Below are positions 13,741 to 24,856 of a stretch of 64,000 bases of DNA, one piece after another. Numbering within the stretch: position 1 is the stretch's first letter; every line of letters begins with the position of its first letter. The DNA is taken from contig QPMI01000489.1 of the NCBI GenBank assembly GCA_004431415.1, positions 1 to 64,000 of the forward strand. Reading direction: 5' to 3'. The DNA is from Cyanophora paradoxa CCMP329 (taxonomy: Eukaryota > Plantae > Glaucophyta). The notes beneath the pieces were generated by a model. That model was not told the DNA's origin and did no database searches. It saw nothing but the letters and a program-made list of their open reading frames with translations. The translations under genes were made by a program, and so were the position numbers.

Positions 13741-15033
13741 CAGGTCCGGAACCCGGCAACCTGACCGGTGCAGCTAGGTGTTCGAGATGGACGGCGTACG
13801 CCCGGGCCTCTGCAGAGAGAGGAAGTCGACTGCAAAGAGAGGAAGTCGACACGTGCACGGGCAGGTCCGGAACCCGGCAACCTGACCGGTGCAGCTAGGT
13901 GTTCGAGATGGAGGGCGTACGCCCGGGCCTCTGCAAAGAGAGGAAGTCGACACGTGCACAGGCAGGTCCGGAACCCGGCAACCTGACCGGTGCAGCTAGG
14001 TGTTCGAGATGGACGGCGTACGCCCGGGCCTCTGCAAAGAGAAGAGGAAGTCGACACGTGCACGGGCAGGTCCGGAACCCGGCAACCTGACCGGTGCAGC
14101 TAGGTGTTCGAGATGGAGGGCGTACGCCCGGGCCTCTGCAAAGAGAGGAAGTCGACACGTGCACAGGCAGGTCCGGAACCCGGCAACCTGACCGGTGCAG
14201 CTAGGTGTTCGAGATGGACGGCGTACGCCCGGGCCTCTGCAAAGAGAAGAGGAAGTCGACACGTGCACGGGCAGGTCCGGAACCCGGCAACCTGACCGGT
14301 GCAGCTAGGTGTTCGAGATGGACGGCGTACGCCCGGGCCTCTGCAAAGAGAGGAAGTCGACACGTGCACAGGCAGGTCCGGAACCCGGCAACCTGACCGG
14401 TGCAGCTAGGTGTTCGAGATGGACGGCGTACGCCCGGGCCTCTGCAAAGAGAGGAAGTCGACACGTGCACGGGCAGGTCCGGAACCCGGCAACCTGACCG
14501 GTGCAGCTAGGTGTTCGAGATGGACGGCGTACGCCCGGGCCTCTGCAAAGAGAGGAAGTCGACACGTGCACAGGCAGGTCCGGAACCCGGCAACCTGACC
14601 GGTGCAGCTAGGTGTTCGAGATGGACGGCGTACGCCCGGGCCTCTGCAAAGAGAAGAGGAAGTCGACACGTGCACGGGCAGGTCCGGAACCCGGCAACCT
14701 GACCGGTGCAGCTAGGTGTTCGAGATGGACGGCGTACGCCCGGGCCTCTGCAAAGAGAGGAAGTCGACACGTGCACAGGCAGGTCCGGAACCCGGCAACC
14801 TGACCGGTGCAGCTAGGTGTTCGAGATGGACGGCGTACGCCCGGGCCTCTGCAAAGAGAGGAAGTCGACACGTGCACGGGCAGGTCCGGAACCCGGCAAC
14901 CTGACCGGTGCAGCTAGGTGTTCGAGATGGACGGCGTACGCCCGGGCCTCTGCAAAGAGAGGAAGTCGACACGTGCACGGGCAGGTCCGGAACCCGGCAA
15001 CCTGACCGGTGCAGCTAGGTGTTCGAGATGGAC
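13741..15033. repeat. Tandem array: 12 full units plus one partial of a 101-bp unit (104- and 121-bp variants)
   Basis: Unit starts CAGGTCCGGAACCC at 13741, 13862, 13963, 14067, 14168, 14272, 14373, 14474, 14575, 14679, 14780, 14881, 14982. Confidence 0.97.
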
Positions 15034-15307
15034 GCAGTCGCTCAAGTCACATTTGCGAATTCACTTGCGTCTCAATTGCCGCTTTGCGCTTTTGCTTTGC
15101 GAGCGTTTTGCACTTCTTATTTTGTCATGCGGTTTTCGAGGGTTCTCTTTCGGGATTTTCTCTTTCGGGGGGGGGGGGGGGGGGGGGGGGGCTGATCACG
15201 ATTCGCTGAATTCCAGTTCGACATTGGCGGTGTGGGTGAAACTTGCCGGCTGCATATGTCTGCTTATTGACTTGCATATGCCGCTTATTGACTTGCATAT
15301 GCCGCAG

Positions 15308-16659
15308 ATGGAGGCTCCGAAAGCCAAGCGAAGCAAGACGGAAGACCAGCGAATCCGTCGCGATGTGCTAGCTGCTCTCAAGCTCAAAGACGAGTTGGAA
15401 TTCGACTCTCAGAAAGTGCACAACGAGGCGAATGGGGAGCGGAATCAGCGGGTCCTCGTCAAACTCCCCGTTTCAGCCGCCCGCCGCCAGCCGGGATCTC
15501 CGGATCTGGATCTGGAAAAGTGCACGAGGCCGAGCCCCCCTTCTGGTCAGAAGACGCTATTCGTACTGAACTCCGGCTGGAGTACAAACTCGAGGAACGG
15601 ACCCCTGGCGGCGTTCTCGTTACGCACTGGGAGAAGACCGAGAAAGGCTTCCTTGTTCCCGCTTTCCTCGGATTCCGCACGAAGCCAGGCCATTTCATGT
15701 TTGGGGTCGTGCGCCATTCAATTGTTGTCTTTCTCGCAATCAAGCATTATGTTTATGATTTTCCAATGCAGGTACGCGCCATGCTTGCAAGAATACGATC
15801 TTCAAGAGTATCCATCCTACGGAAGTGTATACTCCTCTGAAAGACACAGTCGCGGATCAGGATATGATGTGATTGCGCATCAATAATGCAAAAATCCGCG
15901 ACATGTTTGACGTCTTTTGTTCAGGGCATACTGGCTTGGAGTTTCGCCGACGCCACCGACTTTGGTCGCTGATAAGCTCGGATTCGGCTCAAGCAACAAG
16001 CTGCACGATTTGCTGGCAAAGAGTCGCAGTGACGTGGTAAGAAGTATATGAAAATACTGGACGGCTAGCACTTTGACTCATGATTCCGTAGATTCATGTG
16101 CCTGGTGACTGGGTCATTGAGCAATGGGTGTACCGCGACGCCTTTGAAGCCGAAAAGGAAGAGCGGAAGGACAAGAGGCAGCTGGAGGAGGAAGAGATGA
16201 GAGCAAAGTCGAACGCAGCCAGCCAAGACAGTCAGAATTCGAATGATGAGGACATGAAGAAGCTTCAGGCTGAGCAGGCCGAGCAGCAATCTCGGCATCG
16301 ACAGAACGAGGCTGATGAGGCAGAGATCGCGCGCCGATTTGAAGCCGATTCTTCGCTCCATCGCGTTCAGAATCCCGAGTTCGAAAGAGCGACTGCCGAT
16401 TACGGTCGCTTCTTCAAGGACGCTAATGTCCGTCTCCTGGTTCGTTCATTCTTTAACTCTCCTCTCCTTGTGTCGCTGCTGCAACATCATGATGCAGGAG
16501 GAGACTGCAATGGACGTGACACTTCAGCAAGGATCTTCATCACGTTCAGAGCCACTGGACCTGCTGGTCACACTTGCCACAGGGAAATCAGCTGCAGCAG
16601 TGGCATCAAATATTCCTGATGGGATGAGTCCGGCTTGTCGTCGGACGAGGAGGAGATGA
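15308..16659 (+). CDS. Orphan multi-exon gene inside the element (basic N-terminus, acidic coiled-coil segment), probably degenerate
   Basis: MEAPKAKRSKTEDQRIRRD..; VHEAEPPFWSEDAIR..; WVIEQWVYRDAFEAEKEERKDKRQLEEEE..; T-rich introns between segments. No family recognised. Confidence 0.45.
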
Positions 16660-16937
16660 CTACGCACCGCAGCCAGGTTGGTGGAGATGAGCTTGATTAA
16701 TGACCTGCCAGGCTGGTGCGCATCCCGCCAGTCCGCATGCGCACGCAAATAAGAAGAATTCCGTCCCAGCTGCAGATTTCAGGAATACGAAGCATTCATC
16801 AAACCGATTAGCTAGCTCTAGGATAGAGCTCGCGCGCAGTATCGCTTGAAGATGGGCTGCTATAGATAGCTTTTACAGAAAAAATAAAAAAAAGCAAAAA
16901 AAACGTAAAAAAGTGAACCGCTGCACCGAAACCAACA

Positions 16938-17151
16938 TTACCTCGGCGAGTTTACCCCGACGTCTTTACCTCGCCAACTTTACCTCGGCGAGTTTACACC
17001 GACGTCTTTACCCCGCTTTTCACAACTTTACCACCCTGACTTTACCCCGGCGACTTTACCCTGGTGACTTTACAGTGGTGTAACGCAAACAGCACAACTT
17101 TACCACACCCTAAGTTTACCATATGGTAAACTTAATTTCTGGCTCCCAGTG
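16938..17151 (-). repeat. CACTA terminus: subterminal TTTAC(C) repeats, 24-bp palindrome and CACTG end
   Basis: About a dozen TTTAC(C) motifs at roughly 14-bp spacing; perfect palindrome TAAGTTTACCATATGGTAAACTTA at 17111-17134; terminal CAGTG at 17147-17151. Confidence 0.8.
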
Positions 17152-20100
17152 ATAGCTGCGAGCCGCTGAGCTGCTCGCGCGCCACCTTCCCCAACCTGGA
17201 GCGCCAGGCTCCAAGTTTGAGCTCGGACGCGGCGCACGTCGGCGCTGCAGCTGCAGCTGGCAAGGCGCTGGCAATTGCAAGAGCTGAGGCTCGAGGAGAC
17301 GTCGACAAGCTCAGTGCCGCAGTGCAACACTCGCCGAGTCGACGTCGGCCGTGACCAGATCGGGGGCCTTAAAGCTCGACGATCTCATCGCGAGTGTGAA
17401 GTCAAGGCTCGGTTTTCGCGACGCCGATCGCGATCATCGTCCCGGCCGCGGGCTGGCGACGGGTTTTCGCGAGGCCGAGGCTCGCCGCGCGCGAATTCGC
17501 TGGGCTCCCGGGTCCGGCGAAACGCAAGCTCCGCAGCTGACAGGCGAGCTATGACCTGCGCCCAGGCCGCCTCGGGGCTCGCGGGGGCCGTACGCCCACG
17601 ACCACTGGGCCAGGACGCCCGTCAGGCGAAGGCTGAGGGCCTTACGCGTCGGCCGTTTCGCCCATATTGCCGAGTCGGTCGTCTTGGATGCACGCGAAAA
17701 TTGAACGCGGATCCGCTAGCCTAGCAGCGCGGGGCGCCAGCTCAGGAGATCTAGAGGGGCGGCGGTTGCAACTGCATTGCCATCGGCAAGCCCTCGAGCT
17801 CGGGAAGCCTGGCACCGCGGGGCGCCAGCCCAAGAGAGGGCGGCGGTAGATGCAATTCAAATGATTGCGTTCGAGGCGAACGGTTTCATCTGCTGGCGCA
17901 GCCTTTCGCGCCCGGCGTCCGCTGAGTCACTAGCGCTGCTCGCGGCCGAGCGCCGATCGGATAACGGCGTGAAGTTCACGGATCCGGGTCCGAGTTCGGA
18001 ATTTTGGAGCCAGGTGCACGTGGCGCTCATGATCAGGCCTGGGACTGGGGGCGCCAGCTGCAGGCTGGGCCGCGAGGCCTCATGATCAGCTGGCCCGTAC
18101 GCTTGGCCAGTGGGGCCGCGGACTCGCTGGGTCCTGCGGGCCGGGGGCCGGCCCGGAGCGCCAGGCCTCATGATCATGATCATGATTGAGACCGCAACCG
18201 TGGCTAGCGAGTGCCGAGGTGCTAGCTATAGGCGTCGGCGGGCTGAATCATGATCAGGGCCGCGGTTTGAGTTCGAAACAGGCACTCGCGGGGCCGCGTG
18301 ATCGCGAGTTTCGGCGCCCGCTGGCCTCGGGTTGGGACCTAGTTTTGCGCTCGGTCGCGAAAATATGCCGCTGGGGCGGCGGGGCGCAGGCTTAAGAGGA
18401 CGGCGTTCGAGGAGGCTCAGGGCGCCGGCGCCGGCGGTTACGTCCGGCGGTCGGCTTGTGCAGCCTCGCGCGCCCCGAGCCCGGCGGCCACTCAACGGCC
18501 GGGTCATCAGCGCCGCCGCAGTGCTCGCAGCCAAGTGCTCGCCGATTCGGCAATGATGATGGCGCGGAGCCCCCGCAGGCTCTGAGCCTAGCTCCGAGGC
18601 TCTGTGAGTGACAGCGCTCATGATCAGCCCGACGGCTGGCCATATACAGGCCTCAGCTGAAATTCTCGAATTGGAGCCGGAGCGCCGGCCGCGGGCCTCG
18701 AGCATGCGCATGCACGGTGCTCTAGATCATCGGATCTAGACCTCCGAGGCTCATGACCAGCCGCTGAGCCCCAGGCCGCGCCACTGGGCCGGGACCGCGG
18801 GTTGCAGGAGCTCGAGCGGCAGCTTGGGGGTCCGAGGAGGCTTTAAATTTCCGCTTCGAACTAGCTGCCACGGGTGCCGCGGCGTGGGGTAGTCAGCTGC
18901 AGTTGCGATCTGGGTCCGTGCCCAGCTGCATGTGCAGCTGCCAGGCTGCAGCCGCTGAGCTGCAGCCGAGTTCGGTTTGCGAATGCAAAGCGATTTGCAG
19001 ACCGCGAAGCGCGTGGCCGCTGGATTGTGGGGCCCTGGCTAGGGAGCCGTAGGGGACAGGCTTGGCGCGCAAGGCGCCGCCAGCGGCTGGGCCTTAAGCT
19101 TGTAGGGCTCGAGCCCAACCGCAATTGCGGCTTGCAACGCCGATCGGCAGCTGGCCCAGTGGGCATGCAGCGGCAGGCGACGCCAGCACGGCGCCGTCGG
19201 AGTCGTTCGAATTTCGCTTGCTTCGCCGCGAGAAAACTCGGGGGTCGAAGGCAAGGGGCCTCCGCGGCCGAGCTCGAGGCTCGTGCGGGGTGAATTTCCC
19301 GGTTTCGCGGGCAGGATCATCGGACCCCGGAAGGGCCCTGCTGCGAAAACGGTATACGGGGCACGCCGGGGGCGAGCCGTGTGCCTCGCTATAGACCCTC
19401 AGGGCCTGCCGGCTGCTGCTGCCCGGGATAGGCCGGGCCATGCCGTGCGGGGGCACTGGCGTCAGCTCTGGCACCTCCCGCACGTGCACGCGCAACTTGG
19501 CAAGCCATTGAGTCTAAGTTCAAAGCCATGGGTGCGAGAGAGGCGTCTCGCTCGCGCGCAACGTCGCAACGTCGCGCAACCTCTAGATCGATATCTAGAT
19601 CATCGGATCCGACTCGGCGATGATCTGAGACTCGAGATCCGGGCCGGTCACATGCTCAGCTGCAACGCGGCTTGCAGCCTCAAGGCTTCAGGACCTATAG
19701 CTTGGCCCGGCGGCTGAGCCTGGGCCACAGCTTATATCATCCGATGATCAGCTTCCGGAGGTCCGAATCCAACTGGGCAAGGTCCGATCCCGGCCTGCGG
19801 CTCGAGCTTGCAGCCGATCCGTACGGAGCTGGCCATGGATTCGGATTCGCACACAATATTGCTGGCTTGGCGACTCTCTCAGCAAGCTTAAGCCGGCCGG
19901 ATCCGCCGCGGCCGGCGCTGACGCTCGTAGCCAGAAGCGTGAGCGGGCCCTGGGCTGGTGTTCGAGCTCACGAGGAAGCAGCCGCAGCCTGCCGGCAGGT
20001 GCGTCCCGGGGCCAGAACCAGAGCTTCTAAAAAGCCTTTGAAGCTCAGCGGCTCGTGCGAACAGCAAGCTCAGATGGGCTTCAGGCTAGGGTCCGCTTTC

Positions 20101-20855
20101 CGAGGGCCCAGGCCCTGAGGGCTCGGGGGACTGAGCAGCTGTGCCTACAGTAGCATGTGCAGTGTGATTAAGGCTAGCGCTGGAGCCGGATCGGAGCTCG
20201 AGCTTGGGTGCCGGCCTCGATCGATCACGAGCTCCGTCTCGAGCTCCAGGCTTTTGTTTTGCAGCCTGGCCATGCATATGGCAGTACTGGTTGCAATTGC
20301 GTTCCTGAGCAGCTAGCCGTGCAGCGTGGAGCCTGCCGCAAGCAGCTCATGCAAGCAGCTCATGATCAGCGGCTGGCATGCATATATATGCTCCGGATCT
20401 GGCCATGGGTCAGAGCTAGACTCATGATCAGTGATCAGGGCCGTACGTGTACTGAGTCACCAGCCTGGCAGGCGCCGGATAGCTCAGAAATTGCAATTGC
20501 AATTGAGCGAGGCCTGCAGCTGCATGCGCAGCTGATCATCTCGCACGGCGCGGTCACCGGGTCACGAGCGCTGAAAAAGCCTCGATCGCGAGCTCGAGCT
20601 CGTGATCTCATTCCGGATCCGGATCCGCATGCACGCTGTGCGTGGGGTCGAGAGTCTGCACGTACTGTATGGCTAGCTATAGCTCAAGGCCAGTGTTCTG
20701 GCCAAGAGTCTGCACTAGCTATAGAGTACAGAGGACATTCTTCACACAAAATTCCGGGGGACATTCTTCACACGAAAAGCTCGCAGCGTAAAGCCAAGCT
20801 TATCGCGCAGAATGTCCGCGCTCGGATTCCGGCGTCCTCGCTGTCCACGGTTGAG

Positions 20856-21104
20856 CACACCCTTTCAAGAAGACAGGCTCACTACGCAGTAGTAGAGCGC
20901 TGCTTCGGGTGGCTAGCGATGCAGCGGTGACTCGAGCAGTCTGCCTCGGTCCCGGTTCGCTTGCTCTCCTCTCCATCGTCGGCTGATCAAGCACGCCCTT
21001 TCGAGAAGACAGGCTCACGACAAGGTCGTAGAGCACTGCTTCGGGCGGCTAGCGATGCAACGGTGACTCGAGCAGTCTGCCTCGGTCCCGGTTCGCTTTC
21101 TCTC
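20856..21104. repeat. Diverged two-copy tandem repeat, period 136 bp
   Basis: AGACAGGCTCAC..GGCTAGCGATGCA.CGGTGACTCGAGCAGTCTGCCTCGGTCCCGGTTCGCTT at 20871 and 21007. Confidence 0.85.
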
Positions 21105-21377
21105 TGGCCGTCGCTCGGGGCCAAGGGCCGCCGAGGTGAGCAAGCTCACATCGCACGAAACCGGAGCGATCTGCCCCCGGCTCGTGTTTGCGCTCTATTT
21201 GCGAGAGCAGCACGCCCCAGTCGTAACCGCGCTGAGCCAGAACCTCAGCCCGCGGCCGTGGGCGCCAGGCTAAGCCACGCGGCTGCCCCACGTCTCCTCC
21301 GCTGAAAGATCTGTGTGCGAGCGGCTCGCCGGGCTCTATAGGTGGCCGGCGACCGCCCGCGCTTAGTGCCGCGCGGC

Positions 21378-21666
21378 GCGAGCGAGGTCCGCGGCCGACC
21401 CAGCAGATCAAATCTGCCGACCCCAGCAGATCAAATCTCACGGGCGAGGCGCGGCGCGCACCCCGGGAGGCCGTGCGCGTGCGCAGCGACAGCACAGGCC
21501 ATGATGAACCCGGGCGCGGAGCGAGCGAGGTCCGCGGCCGACCCCAGCAGATCAAATCTGCCGACCCCAGCAGATCAAATCTCACGGGCGAGGCGCGGCG
21601 CGCACCCCGGGAGGCCGTGCGCGTGCGCAGCGACAACACAGGCCATGATGAACTCGGGCGCGGAGC
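21378..21666. repeat. Two-copy tandem repeat (~143 bp) with nested GCCGACCCCAGCAGATCAAATCT duplication
   Basis: Direct comparison of 21378-21520 with 21521-21666. Confidence 0.9.
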
Positions 21667-22502
21667 GCTGGGCTCGGGGTGCAAGGCTCGCGAGGGCCAG
21701 CACGGCCGATCGACCAGGCTCGATGTACGCCTCGGTCTTGGGCGAGGCTCGCGGGTCGCCGGTCATCGCACAGGTCTTCTTTCGTCTGCGCGAGGCCGTG
21801 CGCGCGGCGCGGCGCCGCAGGGGGCGCGTACTAGCATGGGCATCGAGGTTGTCCCTCCGAGATCCGGACAAGATCTGCGACGTCCGTCGGCGAGGGCGAC
21901 GGGAGGGCGCGTCCGACCGCATTTAGCAGTTCTCCAGAGCTAGTTCTACGTTTTCGGTGAGCTGACGGAGAGCCTGCCGGCTCGCTGTGGCTGATCGCTG
22001 TGTGCATCCCGATCGCATGCCGATCCGGGCTCGCCGGTGCGCGGGGGTCGCCGATCGACGCTGAAATGATGTTCTAGCGCTACTGGCGATGCGCCCGCCT
22101 CGCTGCTGGTCGCCGATCGTGCCGGGTTGATGTTGACGATGAGCTGCCCACGGGTTGCTCCGTAGGCAGTGGCGCCTGTCGGATAGGAGGTATTCCCACC
22201 CGATTGGGCGCCCGCGCGGTCCAGCGCGGGGCCGGCTCCCTGTGCTGGAGCAGCTGTAGATGCAGGCTGGTGTATTCTCTGTGTACCCGGAAGACTACTG
22301 ACACTGTACCCCTAGGACAGGTAGAGGCAGGCCAGCGTAGGCTACCGCGAGGCAAGCCTACAGGAAGAGACTATGCTAAGGCACTCTAGACTGCGTCAGG
22401 CACCAACTAGCTCTAGTCGCTAAGTCACCGCAAGGCCAGGGAATCGAGCCATGCGACACTAGAGTTAACGTTGCTCCTAGAGATCTCGATTTCCAAGCAA
22501 TC

Positions 22503-24505
22503 TCAAGCAGCGGGGCGGCAAGCCGCCTTGTGCTCCCGCCAGTGCGCGCGCTGGCACTCCGGCGAACAGTAGAACTCCGATCTGAATCGAAAGTTGTCGC
22601 ACGCAATATTAATAACAATCAGACCCATGGCCAAGATTAAGCGAGCGCGCACCGGCAGCGGCCGCAGCGGAGCGAACAGCCGTCGACGCCGCACGCAGCG
22701 CAGCTCCCCTCGTCCTCATCCTGGCCCGCGGCGCCACGTGCACCGCCGGCTGCGGCGCCACCGCCGGCGCCGGCGCCGGGGGTGGCCGCGCTGCGGCGTC
22801 CGCCCGCGCCCGCGCTCGCCTGGGCGCGGAGGCCGGCGAGGGCGCCCTGGAGGGTCGCCTTGAAGCGCAAGTCGCAGAGGCCGGCCGCGGAGAAGACGGG
22901 CAGCACGCCCCGCTCCGCTTCCTGCGAGAGTCACATAACATAAGCTGAATATCAGGCGGGCCGGCCGGGCATAATTGAATTATAAGAGCTTATTAATCAC
23001 ATAACATAAGGGCCTGGGCCTGGTCTAGACATAGTCCCAGGACGGGCGGGCATAAAATTAAGGCTCAAGGCGATCGCGATTGGGACCGCCGAGGACAAAG
23101 CTGAAGGCGATTGTATACGCCAGCCGCAAAGCTCAAGGATTATGCCCGGGGGCCATGCCCGGGCTCACCAGCTCCATTATATAAGTTATCATAAGGGAAG
23201 GTTGCATAGGATAACAAATTATGTATATAAGGAAGTCAGTGTCGAGGGCGGGGCTCACCAGCCCCTTCTCGTACCAACGGACGGCGTCCGCGGGGCGCCC
23301 CTGTCAACGTTCAACAGCGGATCAGCGATGCCGACCCTCGAAATAAGAAGAAGAAGCGGCATCGGAGGCGGCATCTAGATCTCGCCTCCTGCATGCAGTG
23401 GTACGCGAGCTGGAAGTGCCCCTCCGCAAACTCCCTGCGCCAAGGAATTCATGTTAACGTTATATATTATAAATTCCCTAGCCCTCTGATTTCTCGAACT
23501 GAGGCTTTCTTTAGAGCGTCAATGACCCTCAAGCTTTCTTTAGCTTACAATCAAATATAAGGGCGCACCGGTCGTCGGGGGAGGCGACGGCGACGTACGA
23601 CTCGAGGGCGGCGATGCCCTCGGCCCGCCGCCCCGGCACCCGCGACTCCCTGCGATCGCGAAACACGCGTGATTAGAACTCGTGTATCTCGTTCAAGTTG
23701 GGCACGGGCTTAGTTCTTCTTCAAGGCCGCTTAGCTCTTCTTCGCTAGCTTATTATAATCTCACAGGTCAAGGTATTGCCTGATTGGGACCTAGGGGGAT
23801 ATTGTACACGCAGCTAATTTGCAGCTATAAAGTTGTGGTCATTAATATTTGTGGGGCGCACGCGGAGCCGAGGAAGAAGAGGAGGGGCGGGCGGTGGGGG
23901 GCGTCGGCCTCGGGGCCCCGGGCCGCCGAGGAGCGCGAGGGCGCGCCGCAGGAGCCGCGCCGCCTCCGCAAAGTCCTGCGCGGCCCTGCTGTCAGGCGCG
24001 GGCGCTGGCCCCTTCTTATTGAAAGCATCGTCGATTTCGATGACGTCGTCTCTTTAAGTAAAACATCATTTCATACGAGGAAGGCAGCAGATCTAGAGAT
24101 TTAGAGCGAGACGCGGCTGCCCTGGAGAGCTCGCGAGCGATCGAGCGGGCACGGACCTGAGCGAAGACCACCAGGCTCGCCGCCAGCCTGCGCGCGCCGC
24201 GGATCCGGAGGGCGGGCGGGCGGTCAGCCGCGACCGCGGCCCCGCGCCGGGCGCCTCTCTCAAAATTCTCTCGGGGCGGGGCGGGCGGGGCGGGGCGGGG
24301 CGGGGCGGGGGCCGCGGGGCGGGGCGGGGGCTCGGGGCCCGGACGGACGAGTGGAGGGCCCAGTCGTCGGGGCGAGGGCGAGGGCGCGCCGCGCCTGCGC
24401 CGCCACCAGCGGCGCGCTCCGGCTCCGCGGGTCCTGCGCACGCGGCCGCGCGCCGTGAGCCGTGGGCAAGGGGCGCGGCGGACCGGTGGGGCCCGCGGGG
24501 GGCAT
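22503..24505 (-). CDS. TPR-MYND zinc finger protein, copy A (internally deleted; may be a pseudogene)
   Basis: MYND CAACGVDGCSLRCGRCR|..FYCSPECQRAHWREHKAAC; TPR-like DFAEAARLLRRALALL and EFAEGHFQLAY. About 1.8 kb is missing at 24462 relative to copy B; there are homopolymer frameshifts. Confidence 0.65.
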
Positions 24506-24856
24506 CAGAGCCGGGGCGCGGGGGGCCGCGGAGGGAGCGCGGCGCGGGGAGCGCACACATCGGGGGACGGCGTGCGGGCGTGGAGCGCGCGCACGGGGAC
24601 AAGGGGCGCGGGGGGACGGGCGCTGCGGAACTGGAACTGCAGCTGCAGTGGCCGCCGCGAGCCTGCGCGCAAGTCCTGCGGTTAGTCGTTAGATTTCAAT
24701 GATTTATGTATGGAAAATTGCGCATGCAGCTATATAGTATATAGAGATCTTTTTTTTGGTAAGCGAAATCTTGATCGCAACCGTTTACCAGCATAACGCG
24801 GCGGCGGCCGGCGGGCCGCGGCGGCGCCAGCTGGCGGCGTTATAATTAGTGCCGCG

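Larger units (their letters stand above)
1..17151 (-). mobile_element. Large CACTA/EnSpm (CMC) DNA transposon, partly degenerate; left end not in window
   Basis: Ends ...GGCTCCCAGTG at 17151 (reverse complement CACTGGGAGCC), preceded by TTTACC subterminal repeats. Contains a CACTA-type transposase at 4558-9627. Composition switches abruptly to very GC-rich host-type DNA after 17151. No matching CACTGGGAG left end was seen, so including 1-4500 is inferred from similar composition. Confidence 0.7.

Noticed and set aside
13741-15033. CRISPR-like array
   Set aside because: Units are fully repeated with no unique spacers, there are no cas genes, and the context is eukaryotic.
20889-20915. VVERCFGWL resembling an IS5/Harbinger transposase motif
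   Set aside because: Isolated inside a short tandem repeat, altered in the second copy, and without upstream DDE motifs.
17275-22000. Many 100-240 aa ORFs on both strands
   Set aside because: Arg/Ala/Gly/Pro-rich products expected by chance in very GC-rich DNA; no domains or consistent exon pattern.
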